From: Mucilaginibacter sp.
GTDB taxonomy: Bacteria > Bacteroidota > Bacteroidia > Sphingobacteriales > Sphingobacteriaceae
DNA length: 59,181 nt
Strand: one strand, 5' to 3'
Assembly: GCA_039935595.1 (NCBI GenBank)
Contig: JBDTJZ010000216.1
Numbering within the stretch: the stretch's first letter is position 1; each line of letters opens with the position of its first letter. The position numbers and the translations under genes are program-made. Of this stretch, positions 17,705 through 28,189 are shown in pieces. A model generated the notes under the pieces. It did not search any database. It was given only the letters and a program-made list of their open reading frames with translations, and was not told the DNA's origin.

Positions 17705-20578
17705 TTACTTAATAAAAGTTCTCGCTTTCACCAACACATTATCCAACCCGCTCACATCACTACCACCCGCGGTAGCAAAAAACGGCTGACCACCACCGCC
17801 GCCTTTAACCTCTTTAGCCAGTTCTTTTACAATATTGCCGGCGTGTAAACCTTTTTCTTTCACCAGGTTCTCGGCAATCATTACGGTTATATTAGGTTTA
17901 CCGTCGATATTGGCAGCTAAAACCAAAAACAGATCACTTACAATATCTTTTAATTGATAAGCCAGGTTTTTAATAGCATCGGCATTGGGTAACTCTACTT
18001 TTTGGGCGATGAAGTTAACACCATTTATCTGCTCGGCTTTTTGGGCCAATTCAGTTTTTAAGCCTGACGATTTTTCTAAAATAGTTTTCTCTATTTCCTT
18101 TTTAAGACGAGTATTCTCATCCAGCAAACTTTCGATACTTTTTGAAATATCCTGAGGGTTCTTTAATAACTCTTTAACCTGGTTAACCAAACGTACCTGG
18201 TTATTAATATATAACTCGGCAGCTATACCGGTAATGGCCTCAATACGCCTTACACCTGCGGCAACGGCGCTTTCGGCAATAATTTTGAAGAAGCCAATAT
18301 GACCGGTAGCGGGAATATGCGTACCACCGCAAAGCTCTTTCGAGAACTTTTCATCGAAAGTGATCACCCGTACAAAATCACCATATTTTTCGCCGAACAG
18401 GGCGGTAACACCGCTGCTGATGGCTACGTCATAGGCTACATCGCGTTCCTCTTTTAAAGGGATATTCTCGCGCACTTTTTCGTTAACTATAGACTCTATC
18501 TGTGCCAGTTCCTCGTCGGTTACTTTGGCGAAGTGCGAAAAATCGAACCTTAAATACTCGGCATTAACCAATGATCCTTTTTGGTTTACATGGCTGCCCA
18601 ATACCTGTTTCATAGCGGCGTGCAGCAAATGCGTAGCACTATGGTTGTTCATTATATTTTCGCGCCTTTGCCTATCAACAATGGCGGTTAGGGCATCATC
18701 AATATCATCAGGCAGTTTATCTACAAAGTGAACAATAAGTCCGTTCTCTTTCTTGGTATCTGTTACATCAATCACCTCTCCATCCGGGAAAACCAACTCA
18801 CCGGTATCACCTACCTGGCCGCCGCTTTCGGCGTAGAAAGGCGTTTTATCCAGTACCACCTGGTATTGCTCCTTGCCTTTAGCGGTTACCTTGCGGTATT
18901 TAACTATATGGGCAATGGTTTCGGTTTCGTCATAGCCGGTAAACTCTACCGTTTCATCGTCTTTTAAAACTACCCAATCCTGGGTATCAATAGCAGATGC
19001 AGCGCGGGAACGGGTTTTTTGAGCTTGGAGTTCAACTTCAAAGCTTTCCATATCAATGGTAAAACCATTTTCCCGAGCAATAAGGTCTGTTAAGTCAATT
19101 GGAAATCCTGACGTATCATATAATTCAAAAGCTATATCACCAGGGATAGTTTTAAAAAATTTGAATAGGGACGCAAAGGCTTCTTCGCTGCTAGTCTTTC
19201 CATTTAATATCTCGACAATATCATTTTTATTAAAATTAATTAGGTCATTTTCGTTTTGTTCCAAAGCTAGCATAGCTACTGCATAAGCATGGTCATTTAT
19301 TTTAAATCCCTCTTTGGACGGTCTGACCCATTCTTTGGCAGAAAATAGATCCTTATTATTATAAGCATTTAAAACATAATCATAGTATTTAGTCAACCCA
19401 ATAATAATATCGTTTAATGTTATTAGTCCTCGATCAAGCGTCCTTAAAAAAGAAACCTCTTCTTCAAAAACAACTCTCTGCACAAAATCCTTTTGGTTAT
19501 ATAACTCATCAAACACCCCTTTAAACTGCTCGGCCAGTAAAGGCACCAACTGATTTATAAATGGTTCTTTAAATTCTAAGTATTGGTATGAATACCTAAC
19601 CGCCCTGCGCAAAATACGGCGAATAACATAACCGGCTTTATTGTTTGATGGCAATTGCCCATCGGCAATGGCAAAGCTTACCGCGCGGATATGGTCGGCC
19701 AGTACGCGCATGGCTACGGCCACGTTCCAATCCACATCACCGGGAACGGCGGCGGCATTGTACTTTTTACCTGATTTTTGTGCGATGAAATCGATGGTAT
19801 TCGAAAACACATCGCTATCATAATTACTCTGTTTACCCTGTATCACCCGCACCAAACGCTCAAAACCCATACCTGTATCCACATGCTGCGCAGGCAATGG
19901 CTGTAACGAACCATTTTTTAAGCGGTTAAACTGCATGAACACGTTGTTCCATATCTCAATAACCTGCGGGTCATCGGCATTCACCAGAGTAGCACCGCTA
20001 ACTTTGGAGCGTTCGGCATCGCTCCTATTATCGTAATGTATCTCGGAACACGGACCACAGGGACCGGTTTCGCCCATTTCCCAAAAGTTATCCTTTTTGT
20101 TTCCCAAAAGAATATGATCTTCGGGTACAACTAATTTCCAAAAGTCGTACGCTTCCTGGTCTTTAGGCAGGCCCTCTTTTTCGTCACCCTCAAAAATGGT
20201 AACGTATAAGCGGCTTTTATCTATTTTATATACTTCGGTCAGCAGTTCCCAACTCCAGGCTATAGCTTCTTTTTTAAAGTAGTCGCCAAAGCTCCAGTTG
20301 CCCAGCATCTCGAACATGGTATGGTGATAGGTATCAATACCCACCTCTTCCAGGTCGTTATGCTTGCCAGATACACGTAAACAACGCTGCGTATCGGCCA
20401 CGCGTGGCGATTTGGCCGGGGCCTCGCCCAAAAAAATATCTTTAAACTGGTTCATCCCCGCGTTGGTGAACATCAGTGTAGGGTCGTTTTTAACAATAAT
20501 AGGTGCCGAAGGGACAATGGTATGTCCCTTACTGGCAAAAAAATCTAAAAAAGCCTGGCGTATTTGGTTAGCAGTCAT
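17705..20578 (-). CDS. alaS: Alanine--tRNA ligase with a large internal insertion
   Basis: FTNAGMNQFK, GPCGPCSEI, VDTGMGFERL, NHSATHLLH, ELCGGTH and GGGGGQP motifs; 957 aa. Confidence 0.97.
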   Translation of the reverse strand: MTANQIRQAFLDFFASKGHTIVPSAPIIVKNDPTLMFTNAGMNQFKDIFLGEAPAKSPRVADTQRCLRVSGKHNDLEEVGIDTYHHTMFEMLGNWSFGDYFKKEAIAWSWELLTEVYKIDKSRLYVTIFEGDEKEGLPKDQEAYDFWKLVVPEDHILLGNKKDNFWEMGETGPCGPCSEIHYDNRSDAERSKVSGATLVNADDPQVIEIWNNVFMQFNRLKNGSLQPLPAQHVDTGMGFERLVRVIQGKQSNYDSDVFSNTIDFIAQKSGKKYNAAAVPGDVDWNVAVAMRVLADHIRAVSFAIADGQLPSNNKAGYVIRRILRRAVRYSYQYLEFKEPFINQLVPLLAEQFKGVFDELYNQKDFVQRVVFEEEVSFLRTLDRGLITLNDIIIGLTKYYDYVLNAYNNKDLFSAKEWVRPSKEGFKINDHAYAVAMLALEQNENDLINFNKNDIVEILNGKTSSEEAFASLFKFFKTIPGDIAFELYDTSGFPIDLTDLIARENGFTIDMESFEVELQAQKTRSRAASAIDTQDWVVLKDDETVEFTGYDETETIAHIVKYRKVTAKGKEQYQVVLDKTPFYAESGGQVGDTGELVFPDGEVIDVTDTKKENGLIVHFVDKLPDDIDDALTAIVDRQRRENIMNNHSATHLLHAAMKQVLGSHVNQKGSLVNAEYLRFDFSHFAKVTDEELAQIESIVNEKVRENIPLKEERDVAYDVAISSGVTALFGEKYGDFVRVITFDEKFSKELCGGTHIPATGHIGFFKIIAESAVAAGVRRIEAITGIAAELYINNQVRLVNQVKELLKNPQDISKSIESLLDENTRLKKEIEKTILEKSSGLKTELAQKAEQINGVNFIAQKVELPNADAIKNLAYQLKDIVSDLFLVLAANIDGKPNITVMIAENLVKEKGLHAGNIVKELAKEVKGGGGGQPFFATAGGSDVSGLDNVLVKARTFIK

Positions 20579-20595
20579 GGGGCAAAGTTAATTAA

Positions 20596-20760
20596 TAGTC
20601 GGAAAGTCCGAAAGACGGAAAGTGGGAAAGTTTGGATTATTGGATCGAAAGTCCGAAAGTCCGAAAGACGGGAAGTCCGGGAAGACCGGGAAGTCGGAAA
20701 GCTAGAACTATTTTTTTAAAGTATCTTTCGGACTTTTCGGACTTGCGGACTTCCCGACTA
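20596..20760. repeat. Inverted short-period (8-nt) tandem repeat, aagtccga/tcggactt type
   Basis: gtcggaaagtccgaaagacggaaagt... opposed to ctttcggacttttcggacttgcggacttcccgac. Confidence 0.85.
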
Positions 20761-20780
20761 AATCATACATTTGAAGTATT

Positions 20781-21116
20781 ATGCCTTACAAAGAACGCGA
20801 GATCAGTAAACTATACTACACCATGGGTGAAGTTGCGGCTATGTTTGATGTAAATACATCACTCATCAGGTTTTATGAAAAAGAGTTTGATGTACTTAAA
20901 CCCAAAAAGAATAAAAAAGGCAATCGCCTGTTTACCCCCGAGGACCTGGAAAACCTGCGCATAATTTTCCACCTGATACGCGATAAAGGTTATACCCTAA
21001 ACGGCGCTAAAGAACACCTTAAAAACAACCTGGGCGGTACCAAAGACAACCAACGCGTTATTGACTCGTTAGAAAACCTTAAAAAGTTTTTGTTAGAGGT
21101 TAGAGATCAGCTATAA
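20781..21116 (+). CDS. MerR-family HTH transcriptional regulator
   Basis: YYTMGEVA, SLIRFYEKEF and KGNRLF motifs; tacatttg promoter element just upstream. Confidence 0.9.
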   Translation: MPYKEREISKLYYTMGEVAAMFDVNTSLIRFYEKEFDVLKPKKNKKGNRLFTPEDLENLRIIFHLIRDKGYTLNGAKEHLKNNLGGTKDNQRVIDSLENLKKFLLEVRDQL

Positions 21117-21125
21117 TTCTTTGAG

Positions 21126-21208
21126 CGTCATTGCGAGCGATAGCGTGAACAACCGACCGTAGGGAGCTCATTGATGCCATTAAAAACAATTAACTCATCA
21201 ATAATCTC
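21126..21208 (+). repeat. Family C YGTCAT-tagged repeat interrupted by a ~55-nt insert
   Basis: cgtcattgcgagcgatagcgtg [insert] aatctc, compared with intact copies at 37743 and 38124. Confidence 0.7.
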
Positions 21209-21227
21209 TGCATAGCTAAGCACAATA

Positions 21228-21510
21228 TTATGTGGTAAATAACAACATCGTCCGCTCAATTGCCGCGGAGGCTGTTACTTTTGGCTTGATCCAAAAGTAA
21301 CCAAAAGATCAAGTCAGCAAAAAGGCTTCTTTGCCGCACTTGCCTTTACCCTGCATTTCAGTCAGAACCACGGGCTGCAATCTTTTTGCCCTACTTCGTT
21401 CGCTCATTGCCTGCACTTCAGCAAAAAGTTGCCATGCCCCTCCCTTCGCACAATCCACCACATTCTGACTGCTCTCACCCGAAGCTGCTTTGCTGACGTT
21501 TTCTCCACAA
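21228..21510 (+). other. ~280-nt structured non-coding element (copy 1), candidate ncRNA or structured repeat
   Basis: Homologous to the reverse complement of 37828-38104, with compensatory changes in three helices; strand is relative only. Confidence 0.75.
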
Positions 21511-21651
21511 ACGTTCATTTCACACCAAATACTACCTAAGCTTTTTTTCGGAATTACTTCCCCCGTTCATATCCTGCAAATCCGTTCTTAATGACATGCT
21601 GATTTTGTGGATTAATTTGTAATTTGGTTTTGTTAAACCAACCCTGTCACC

Positions 21652-23751
21652 ATGCTTGCCAATCATAAAGGCGAAATTCCTTTTGTAGTATTGATCATTC
21701 CTTTTTTATTGGGAATTACTATTGGCTTAAATTTTTCTTCAGGGGTTTATACTACCCTTCTTACTACTGCATTTGCTGTTTTAAGTGTGGTTTTTATCGC
21801 TTTAAACATCAGCTATAACAAACTTAATTTATATAAATTAAAATGGATTGGTGGCTTGCTGATGGCGCTGATATTACTATTAGCCGGATGGATAAGCGTT
21901 GTAAACTATAACGAACTGAACAGCAAAAATCATTTCGCAAAAACTCCCTCACAATATCTGATAGTCAATATTAATAACGAGCCCGTTTTAAAAAATGAGT
22001 TGGTACGCTTTACCGCAAAAGTTGAACAAGAAGTGGCTAACCAACAAGCAACAAATACCACCGGTACTTTACTCATAGCTATAAAAGATAGTGCAGCCAC
22101 CCGGCTTAGCTATGGTGATGAATTGCTTATCCCCGCCAAATACAACGCGGTTGAACCACCCTTTAACCCGGCTGAGTTTAATTATAAGAAATACCTGGCG
22201 CATCAAAACATTTATTACCAGTCGTTTCTATATCCTAAACAATATGCGGTACTAAGCAAAAACAAAGGTAATCCCATTGTGGCTTTTGCTTTAAACTTAC
22301 GGCAAACATTGGTACAAAAATTAAAAACCAATATGCACGATACCACGGCTATAGCCGTAGCATCAACACTGATATTAGGTTATAAGGCGGATTTGAGTGA
22401 GGATGTGCTGCAAGCCTATTCCAAAACAGGTACTATACATGTACTTTCGGTATCGGGTGCGCATGTGGCTATTTTATACCTGCTGCTGAATTTTGTTTTG
22501 ATCTTTTTAGATGGGCGCAAATATGGAAAGCTGGTTAAAGCAATGATCATTATAGCGGCTATAAACTACTATGCTTTATTAAGCGGCTTCTCTCCTGCTG
22601 TTTGCCGGGCAGCGGTCATGTTATCGCTTATTATTATTGGTAAAACTTATAGCCGGTATATTAATACGCTTAATATATTGGCTATATCGGCATTTGTATT
22701 ACTGCTATACAACCCGCTTTTTATAACCGATGTAGGCTTTCAGCTCTCGTACCTGGCGGTTGGCGGACTGGTGGTATTTCAACCCATTATTTACAAACTG
22801 CTGGAGTTTAAAAACAAATGGGCCGATAAATTATGGATGCTATGCTCTATATCCGTAGCAGCACAGGTAATTACCTTTCCGTTAAGCGCTTTTTACTTTC
22901 ATCAGTTCCCGGTTTATTTTTTGATAAGTAACCTGTTTATTACTATACCTGTGCTGGCAATTATGTATAGCGGGTTGCTTTACTTACTGCTGCCGCAATT
23001 GCCCTATTTATCCAAAGCATTAGCGTATGTGCTGGAACAATCTATACTTATCATGAATAAAGTATTGGCTGCCATTGAACATTCGCCCATGGCAGGCATC
23101 AACAAAATATGGCTGACTACTACCGAGTATGTATTGCTCTATGTACTCATAATTTGCGTGTTTTATTATTGGTTTAATAAACGCAACCTATTCATAAAAA
23201 TAGCTTTGGGCTGCCTGCTTTTATTAAGTATTAGTCTGACTTATAAAAGAATAAAAACTTTTAACAGCAATACCATTACCTATTTAAACCTGAAGAAGCA
23301 TCCGGCTATTATATTTAAAGATGGTAGCGAAGCGATCGTATTAACTGATTTGCCCGCCATCGATAAAAATTACAGGTATAGTATACAACCCTATCTGGAT
23401 AGCTGTAAAATAGCTAAGGCCACCATTTATAATTTAGATCAGGACATCAACACCACGTTTTTAAAGAAAAAAAATAACCTTATCCAATTTCAAAATAAAA
23501 AACTGCTCATTTATAATACCATGGTAAAAAGCCTGTCAGCACAAAAAATAAAAATTGACTATCTTTATATAACCGGCAACCCCAAACCTGATATAACGGT
23601 GTTGAAGAAAAGCTTCGATAATAACTTATTAGTGATTGATGGCAGTAATAGTGACGCTTCTATAAACGATATAATCAGCCAGGCGCGGGAAAACCATTTA
23701 GATTACCGGGTGTTAAAACGTAACAATTCATTTAGCGTAGTATCTAATTAG
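21652..23751 (+). CDS. comEC: ComEC/Rec2-family membrane protein
   Basis: NPAEFNYKKYL, TGTIHVLSVSGAHV, RAAVM and DVGFQLSYLAV motifs; many TM segments. Confidence 0.9.
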   Translation: MLANHKGEIPFVVLIIPFLLGITIGLNFSSGVYTTLLTTAFAVLSVVFIALNISYNKLNLYKLKWIGGLLMALILLLAGWISVVNYNELNSKNHFAKTPSQYLIVNINNEPVLKNELVRFTAKVEQEVANQQATNTTGTLLIAIKDSAATRLSYGDELLIPAKYNAVEPPFNPAEFNYKKYLAHQNIYYQSFLYPKQYAVLSKNKGNPIVAFALNLRQTLVQKLKTNMHDTTAIAVASTLILGYKADLSEDVLQAYSKTGTIHVLSVSGAHVAILYLLLNFVLIFLDGRKYGKLVKAMIIIAAINYYALLSGFSPAVCRAAVMLSLIIIGKTYSRYINTLNILAISAFVLLLYNPLFITDVGFQLSYLAVGGLVVFQPIIYKLLEFKNKWADKLWMLCSISVAAQVITFPLSAFYFHQFPVYFLISNLFITIPVLAIMYSGLLYLLLPQLPYLSKALAYVLEQSILIMNKVLAAIEHSPMAGINKIWLTTTEYVLLYVLIICVFYYWFNKRNLFIKIALGCLLLLSISLTYKRIKTFNSNTITYLNLKKHPAIIFKDGSEAIVLTDLPAIDKNYRYSIQPYLDSCKIAKATIYNLDQDINTTFLKKKNNLIQFQNKKLLIYNTMVKSLSAQKIKIDYLYITGNPKPDITVLKKSFDNNLLVIDGSNSDASINDIISQARENHLDYRVLKRNNSFSVVSN

Positions 23752-23788
23752 TATTAAACCATAGCATATATTTTTTATCTATAACAAC

Positions 23789-24433
23789 ATGAATATTAAA
23801 CACACCGTAACATCATTAATATTGGCATTAAGCTGCTTAAGCATAACTGCCAGCGCGCAAAAAAATTATACAGAGGGATCGGCCATATATACCGTTAATA
23901 CCCAGGCAGGTGATGCAGAGGCCAAAGTTGCTTTTAATAGCGACTCGAGCGAGGTAAGTGTACAACAGGGCCCGGCATTAATTAAAATGCTGGCCAATAA
24001 TAAAGGCACCTATATGGCTATTTTAGTGGATGTACCTTTAGCCTCCATAAAAAAGGCGGCAGTTTTAACCCCCGATGAATTAGGGCAGACCGAAAATGCC
24101 GCGCCTAAATTTACTTTTATCCCAACTACTGAAACCAAAGTAATAAATGGTTTTAACTGCAAAAAAGTTGTTGCCAAAGATGCCAAAAGCGGTACAAGTA
24201 CCGATGTTTGGGTAACTACGGATATTACAGCCCCGCAGAATCTGCTTAGCAGATATTTTGTTGCTGCGGGTGGTTTCCCGGTTCAGTTTGTGGGTAAACA
24301 AATGGGGCAATCAGCAACCATGACCTTGAAATCAATAGATAGTAATAAACCGGTAGCCGGCACTTTTGGTATACCGGCAGGTTTTGACAGAATAAGTGTT
24401 GCTGATCTAAATTCATTAGGCGGCGCGCGATAG
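23789..24433 (+). CDS. Secreted hypothetical protein (GLPGLI/DUF4412-like)
   Basis: Signal peptide; ETKVINGFNCKK and VWVTTDI motifs. Confidence 0.65.
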   Translation: MNIKHTVTSLILALSCLSITASAQKNYTEGSAIYTVNTQAGDAEAKVAFNSDSSEVSVQQGPALIKMLANNKGTYMAILVDVPLASIKKAAVLTPDELGQTENAAPKFTFIPTTETKVINGFNCKKVVAKDAKSGTSTDVWVTTDITAPQNLLSRYFVAAGGFPVQFVGKQMGQSATMTLKSIDSNKPVAGTFGIPAGFDRISVADLNSLGGAR

Positions 24434-24501
24434 TCAACCCCGCGTCCTATTTATTTAAAGGCTTCTTAAGCTCCATGTAAAATAACTATTTTTGCCACCC
24501 G

Positions 24502-26373
24502 ATGTTAAGAAGCCTTTTTGCATTTATAAGATTTTTTATTTTCTGGCTATTGTTCTTCGCAATAACCAGGGCAATATTTGAGCTGTATTTTCACTCCAAA
24601 CTTCATAGTGTATCTTTTATTGATATATTAAAAACATTTCTTTATGGTATCCGCATGGATGCCTCGGCCGCGGCCTATATTGCTATAATTCCGCTACTGG
24701 TGTTTTTTATTAATTGGTTTACAGGTAATAAACCTGTTAAGCCTATATGGTTTAAAGCGTACACCTGGATTTGCCTGTTCTTTATCAGTTTTATAGCTAT
24801 TATTGACCTGGGCATATTTACAGAATGGGGTGCAAAAGTTAATTTCAGAGCATTTGACACCTTGTATATGGCACCAGCCGAATCCATGTCGTCTACAGCG
24901 TCAACACCCATCGCGTTGAATATAACCATTGGTATTTTGTTAGTCTTGGGCGGCATTATATTATCGCACTTTATATTGGACCATAGTTACGAACGGCCGC
25001 CGGTAGTTAGCGCCAAAAATAAGATGATACTTACTGCACTCATCATACTTGTTAACTTTATAATACTTAGAGGTAGCTTGCAACGTACCCCTATTAATCA
25101 AAGTGCCGGCTATTTTTCAAACAACCAATTGCTTGATCTATCTGCTCAAAACACCGAGTGGAACCTGGCGAATAATGTTTTTGAAAACTTACGGGCGCCA
25201 TATAACCCTTACCTATTTATGCAGCCCCAAAAGGCGAAAAGTTTAGTAAACCAATTATTTACGGTAGAGAAGGACACTACAGTAAGTATATTAACCACGA
25301 AAAGGCCCAACGTAGTTGTTATACAGTTAGAAAGTTTTACAGCCGATCTGATCGCGTCATTAGGAGGCGAAAAAGGCGACGCGCCAAATTTTGAAAAATT
25401 TATTAAACAAGGGCTGCTATTTGATAATATATACGCCGCTGGCGACCGTACGGATAAAGGTATTGTTGCTATTTTAAGTGGCTTCCCATCGCAGGCAATA
25501 CGTACCATTATTATTGATACCACCAAGCAACGGCAATTACCATCGTTAATAACCGATTTTAAAAATAATGGTTATAATACCACCTATTTTTATGGCGGCG
25601 GTGCCGATTATATGAACTTTGACACCTATATGAATGATCATAAAATTGATAAGATCATTGATAAACGGAGTATTCCGGCAAAAGATATCCTCTCTACCTG
25701 GGGAGCGCATGATGACGTGCTGCTAAAAAAACATGCGGCGTATTTTGATGACCAGCCAAAACCTTTTTTCAGCTATATTGAAACGCTTACCAACCATGAA
25801 CCATTTGTATTGCCGGTAAAACCGCATTTTAGCGGTGAGGACGTTGCAGACAAGTTCAGAAGCACCGCTTATTTTACAGATTCATGCCTGAATGATTATT
25901 TTGAAGCAGCTAAAAAGCACGACTGGTATAAAAATACGTTGTTTATTTTAGTGGCCGATCATGGTCACCGGTTGCCGTTGGATACACATGCTGCTTATGA
26001 CCCTGGGAAATACCATATTCCATTGCTGTTTTTTGGTGATGTTATAAAACCGGAGTATCGGGGTAAAACAATTACTAAACTCGGCAACCAAACCGACATT
26101 GCTGCAACCGTACTGGCACAGTTGAATCTGCCGCATCAGCATTATAAATGGTCTAAAGATCTGTTAAGCCCATACAGTAAGTCATTCGCCTTTTTTGATT
26201 GGGACAATGGTTTTGGCTTTTTGTTGCCACAACAGGCGGTTTCGTACGATAACTCCGGGCAACGGGTGATATATATAAGGGATAAGAACGCCCCTAAAAA
26301 TGTAACGGATAGCGCGTTGCTGTACGGTAAGGCATTTATGCAGGAGATATTTACGGAGTATCTGGCGTATTAA
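24502..26373 (+). CDS. LTA synthase/sulfatase-family membrane protein
   Basis: N-terminal TMs; PNVVVIQLESF, RTDKG, TLTNHEPF, LVADHGH and YHIPL motifs. Confidence 0.9.
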   Translation: MLRSLFAFIRFFIFWLLFFAITRAIFELYFHSKLHSVSFIDILKTFLYGIRMDASAAAYIAIIPLLVFFINWFTGNKPVKPIWFKAYTWICLFFISFIAIIDLGIFTEWGAKVNFRAFDTLYMAPAESMSSTASTPIALNITIGILLVLGGIILSHFILDHSYERPPVVSAKNKMILTALIILVNFIILRGSLQRTPINQSAGYFSNNQLLDLSAQNTEWNLANNVFENLRAPYNPYLFMQPQKAKSLVNQLFTVEKDTTVSILTTKRPNVVVIQLESFTADLIASLGGEKGDAPNFEKFIKQGLLFDNIYAAGDRTDKGIVAILSGFPSQAIRTIIIDTTKQRQLPSLITDFKNNGYNTTYFYGGGADYMNFDTYMNDHKIDKIIDKRSIPAKDILSTWGAHDDVLLKKHAAYFDDQPKPFFSYIETLTNHEPFVLPVKPHFSGEDVADKFRSTAYFTDSCLNDYFEAAKKHDWYKNTLFILVADHGHRLPLDTHAAYDPGKYHIPLLFFGDVIKPEYRGKTITKLGNQTDIAATVLAQLNLPHQHYKWSKDLLSPYSKSFAFFDWDNGFGFLLPQQAVSYDNSGQRVIYIRDKNAPKNVTDSALLYGKAFMQEIFTEYLAY

Positions 26374-26386
26374 CAGCCCCCTGTTT

Positions 26387-27787
26387 TTAATTAAAAATCT
26401 TTCCCGGGTTTAGTATCCCGTTTTTATCAAATACCTGTTTAATACCTCTCCAAAGGGCAAAATGTACTTCGCTGTATTTTATGGGCATATACTCTTTTTG
26501 TACCAGGCCAATACCATGCTCGCCGGATATGGTGCCACCCAGGGCTACAGTCAGTTCAAATATTTCGCTTACGCCGTCTTTCAGTTTGGTATTCCAGTCC
26601 TCATCACTCATGGAGGCTTTAAGGATGTTTAAATGCACGTTGCCATCTCCGGCATGACCGTAACATAACGAATCAAAACCATATTTTACGCCAATATCCT
26701 TAATACCCTTTATCAGTTGCGGTAAAGCGGCGCGGGGCACTACACAATCTTCCTCCTTATAAATGGAGTTTGATTTTACCGATACCGCCATAGTTCGCCT
26801 GATACGCCAAAGTTCTTCCTTTTGCGCGGCCGTATCGCCAAACAAAACATCAATGCAATTAAACTCCTCTAAAACGGTATTTATCTTTTCGCAATCGGCA
26901 AATATTACATCCATATTAGTGCCGTCAACCTCTATCAACAAAAAGGCTTCAACCCCATCTTTTAAGTCAAAAACAATATTGTCCTTCTCCATTACCCACT
27001 CTACCCCTCTCCTTTCCATAAACTCCAGTGCCGATGGCACAACACCCGCCCTGAATATAGCCGACACCGCTGCGGAAGCCGCGTCATTAGACGGGAAAGA
27101 AGCCAGCATCAATGCGCTTTGGGTTGGAAGCGGAATCAATTTAACCACAATTTTAGTAATAATGCCCAGCGTACCCTCCGAGCCGATCATCAGTTGAGTT
27201 AAATTATAGCCCGATGCATATTTAAGCGTATTGGCACCTGTCCAAATAATATCGCCGCAGGGTAATACCACCTGCAGGTTTAACACGTACTCGCGTATGG
27301 TACCATACTTTACCACCCTTGGCCCACCCGAACCGTGGGATACATTGCCACCAATAAAACAACTGCCTTTACTTGCCGGGTCAATGGGATATAATAAACC
27401 CTTTTCTGCAGCTGCGTTTATAAAATCTTCGGTAATAACACCCGGCTCAACAGTAGCCTGCAGGTTTTGCTCGTCAATGGTAATAATTTTATTGAAGCGT
27501 TCCATAGCTATCAGCAAACCACCCATAACCGGCAACGCACCGCCGCTTAAACCGGTGCCTGCGCCACGCGGGGTAACGGGAATTAAGTTTTCGTTACATA
27601 ACTTCATCAGCGCCGAAACTTCTTCGGGTGTTTTGGGTTTGGCAACAACCTCGGGATAATAAGTAAGGTCCTCGGTTTCGTCGTGGCTGTATTTTTCAAG
27701 TGCTGGTTGCGCGGTTAAAATAGCGTCATCACCCACAATAGCCTTAATGGCGGCAAGTTTATCCGGTGTTATTTTATTAAATGTCAT
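26387..27787 (-). CDS. FAD-linked oxidoreductase (GlcD/D-lactate dehydrogenase-like)
   Basis: PRGAGTGLSGG, GSEGTLGII, GHAGDGNVH, SGEHGIG and LNPGKIF motifs. Confidence 0.92.
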   Translation of the reverse strand: MTFNKITPDKLAAIKAIVGDDAILTAQPALEKYSHDETEDLTYYPEVVAKPKTPEEVSALMKLCNENLIPVTPRGAGTGLSGGALPVMGGLLIAMERFNKIITIDEQNLQATVEPGVITEDFINAAAEKGLLYPIDPASKGSCFIGGNVSHGSGGPRVVKYGTIREYVLNLQVVLPCGDIIWTGANTLKYASGYNLTQLMIGSEGTLGIITKIVVKLIPLPTQSALMLASFPSNDAASAAVSAIFRAGVVPSALEFMERRGVEWVMEKDNIVFDLKDGVEAFLLIEVDGTNMDVIFADCEKINTVLEEFNCIDVLFGDTAAQKEELWRIRRTMAVSVKSNSIYKEEDCVVPRAALPQLIKGIKDIGVKYGFDSLCYGHAGDGNVHLNILKASMSDEDWNTKLKDGVSEIFELTVALGGTISGEHGIGLVQKEYMPIKYSEVHFALWRGIKQVFDKNGILNPGKIFN

Positions 27788-28146
27788 TATGCTTTGCTAT
27801 AGTTTATTACCACATTTGAGTAGGCCACTTTACACCCTAACGGCGGATTTAGCTTTTTAATACTTACCTCAATCCGCTCAACGTTGGGGTATTTAGTTTT
27901 CACCTGGTCAAGTATGCCTTGTGCAACCGTTTCAATCAATTTTTTAGGTTGCTGCATTTCGGCACAGGCAATCTCGTATAGATCCTCGTAGTTAACCGTA
28001 TGCGCAATTTTATCATCTATAAGATCGCCTGATGGTTCAAAACTTACATCAATATCAACCAAATAACTATTACCTAATTGTTGCTCCTGCGGATAAAACC
28101 CATGAAAAGCGAAAAACTCAGCTCCATGTAAAGCTATTTTAATCAT
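27787..28146 (-). CDS. folB: Dihydroneopterin aldolase
   Basis: FFAFHG, TVNYEDL, KLIETVA and KLNPP motifs. Confidence 0.9.
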   Translation of the reverse strand: MIKIALHGAEFFAFHGFYPQEQQLGNSYLVDIDVSFEPSGDLIDDKIAHTVNYEDLYEIACAEMQQPKKLIETVAQGILDQVKTKYPNVERIEVSIKKLNPPLGCKVAYSNVVINYSKA

Positions 28147-28189
28147 GTACCAAATGTAATTAAGAATATTAAAACGCCCAATTAACTTG

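Noticed and set aside
19150-19430. Intein or intron in alaS
   Set aside because: No C/S...HN-C/S/T splice junctions, no endonuclease motifs, and the frame is continuous
20632-20853. 73-aa ORF
   Set aside because: It is a translation of the 8-nt tandem repeat and overlaps the MerR gene
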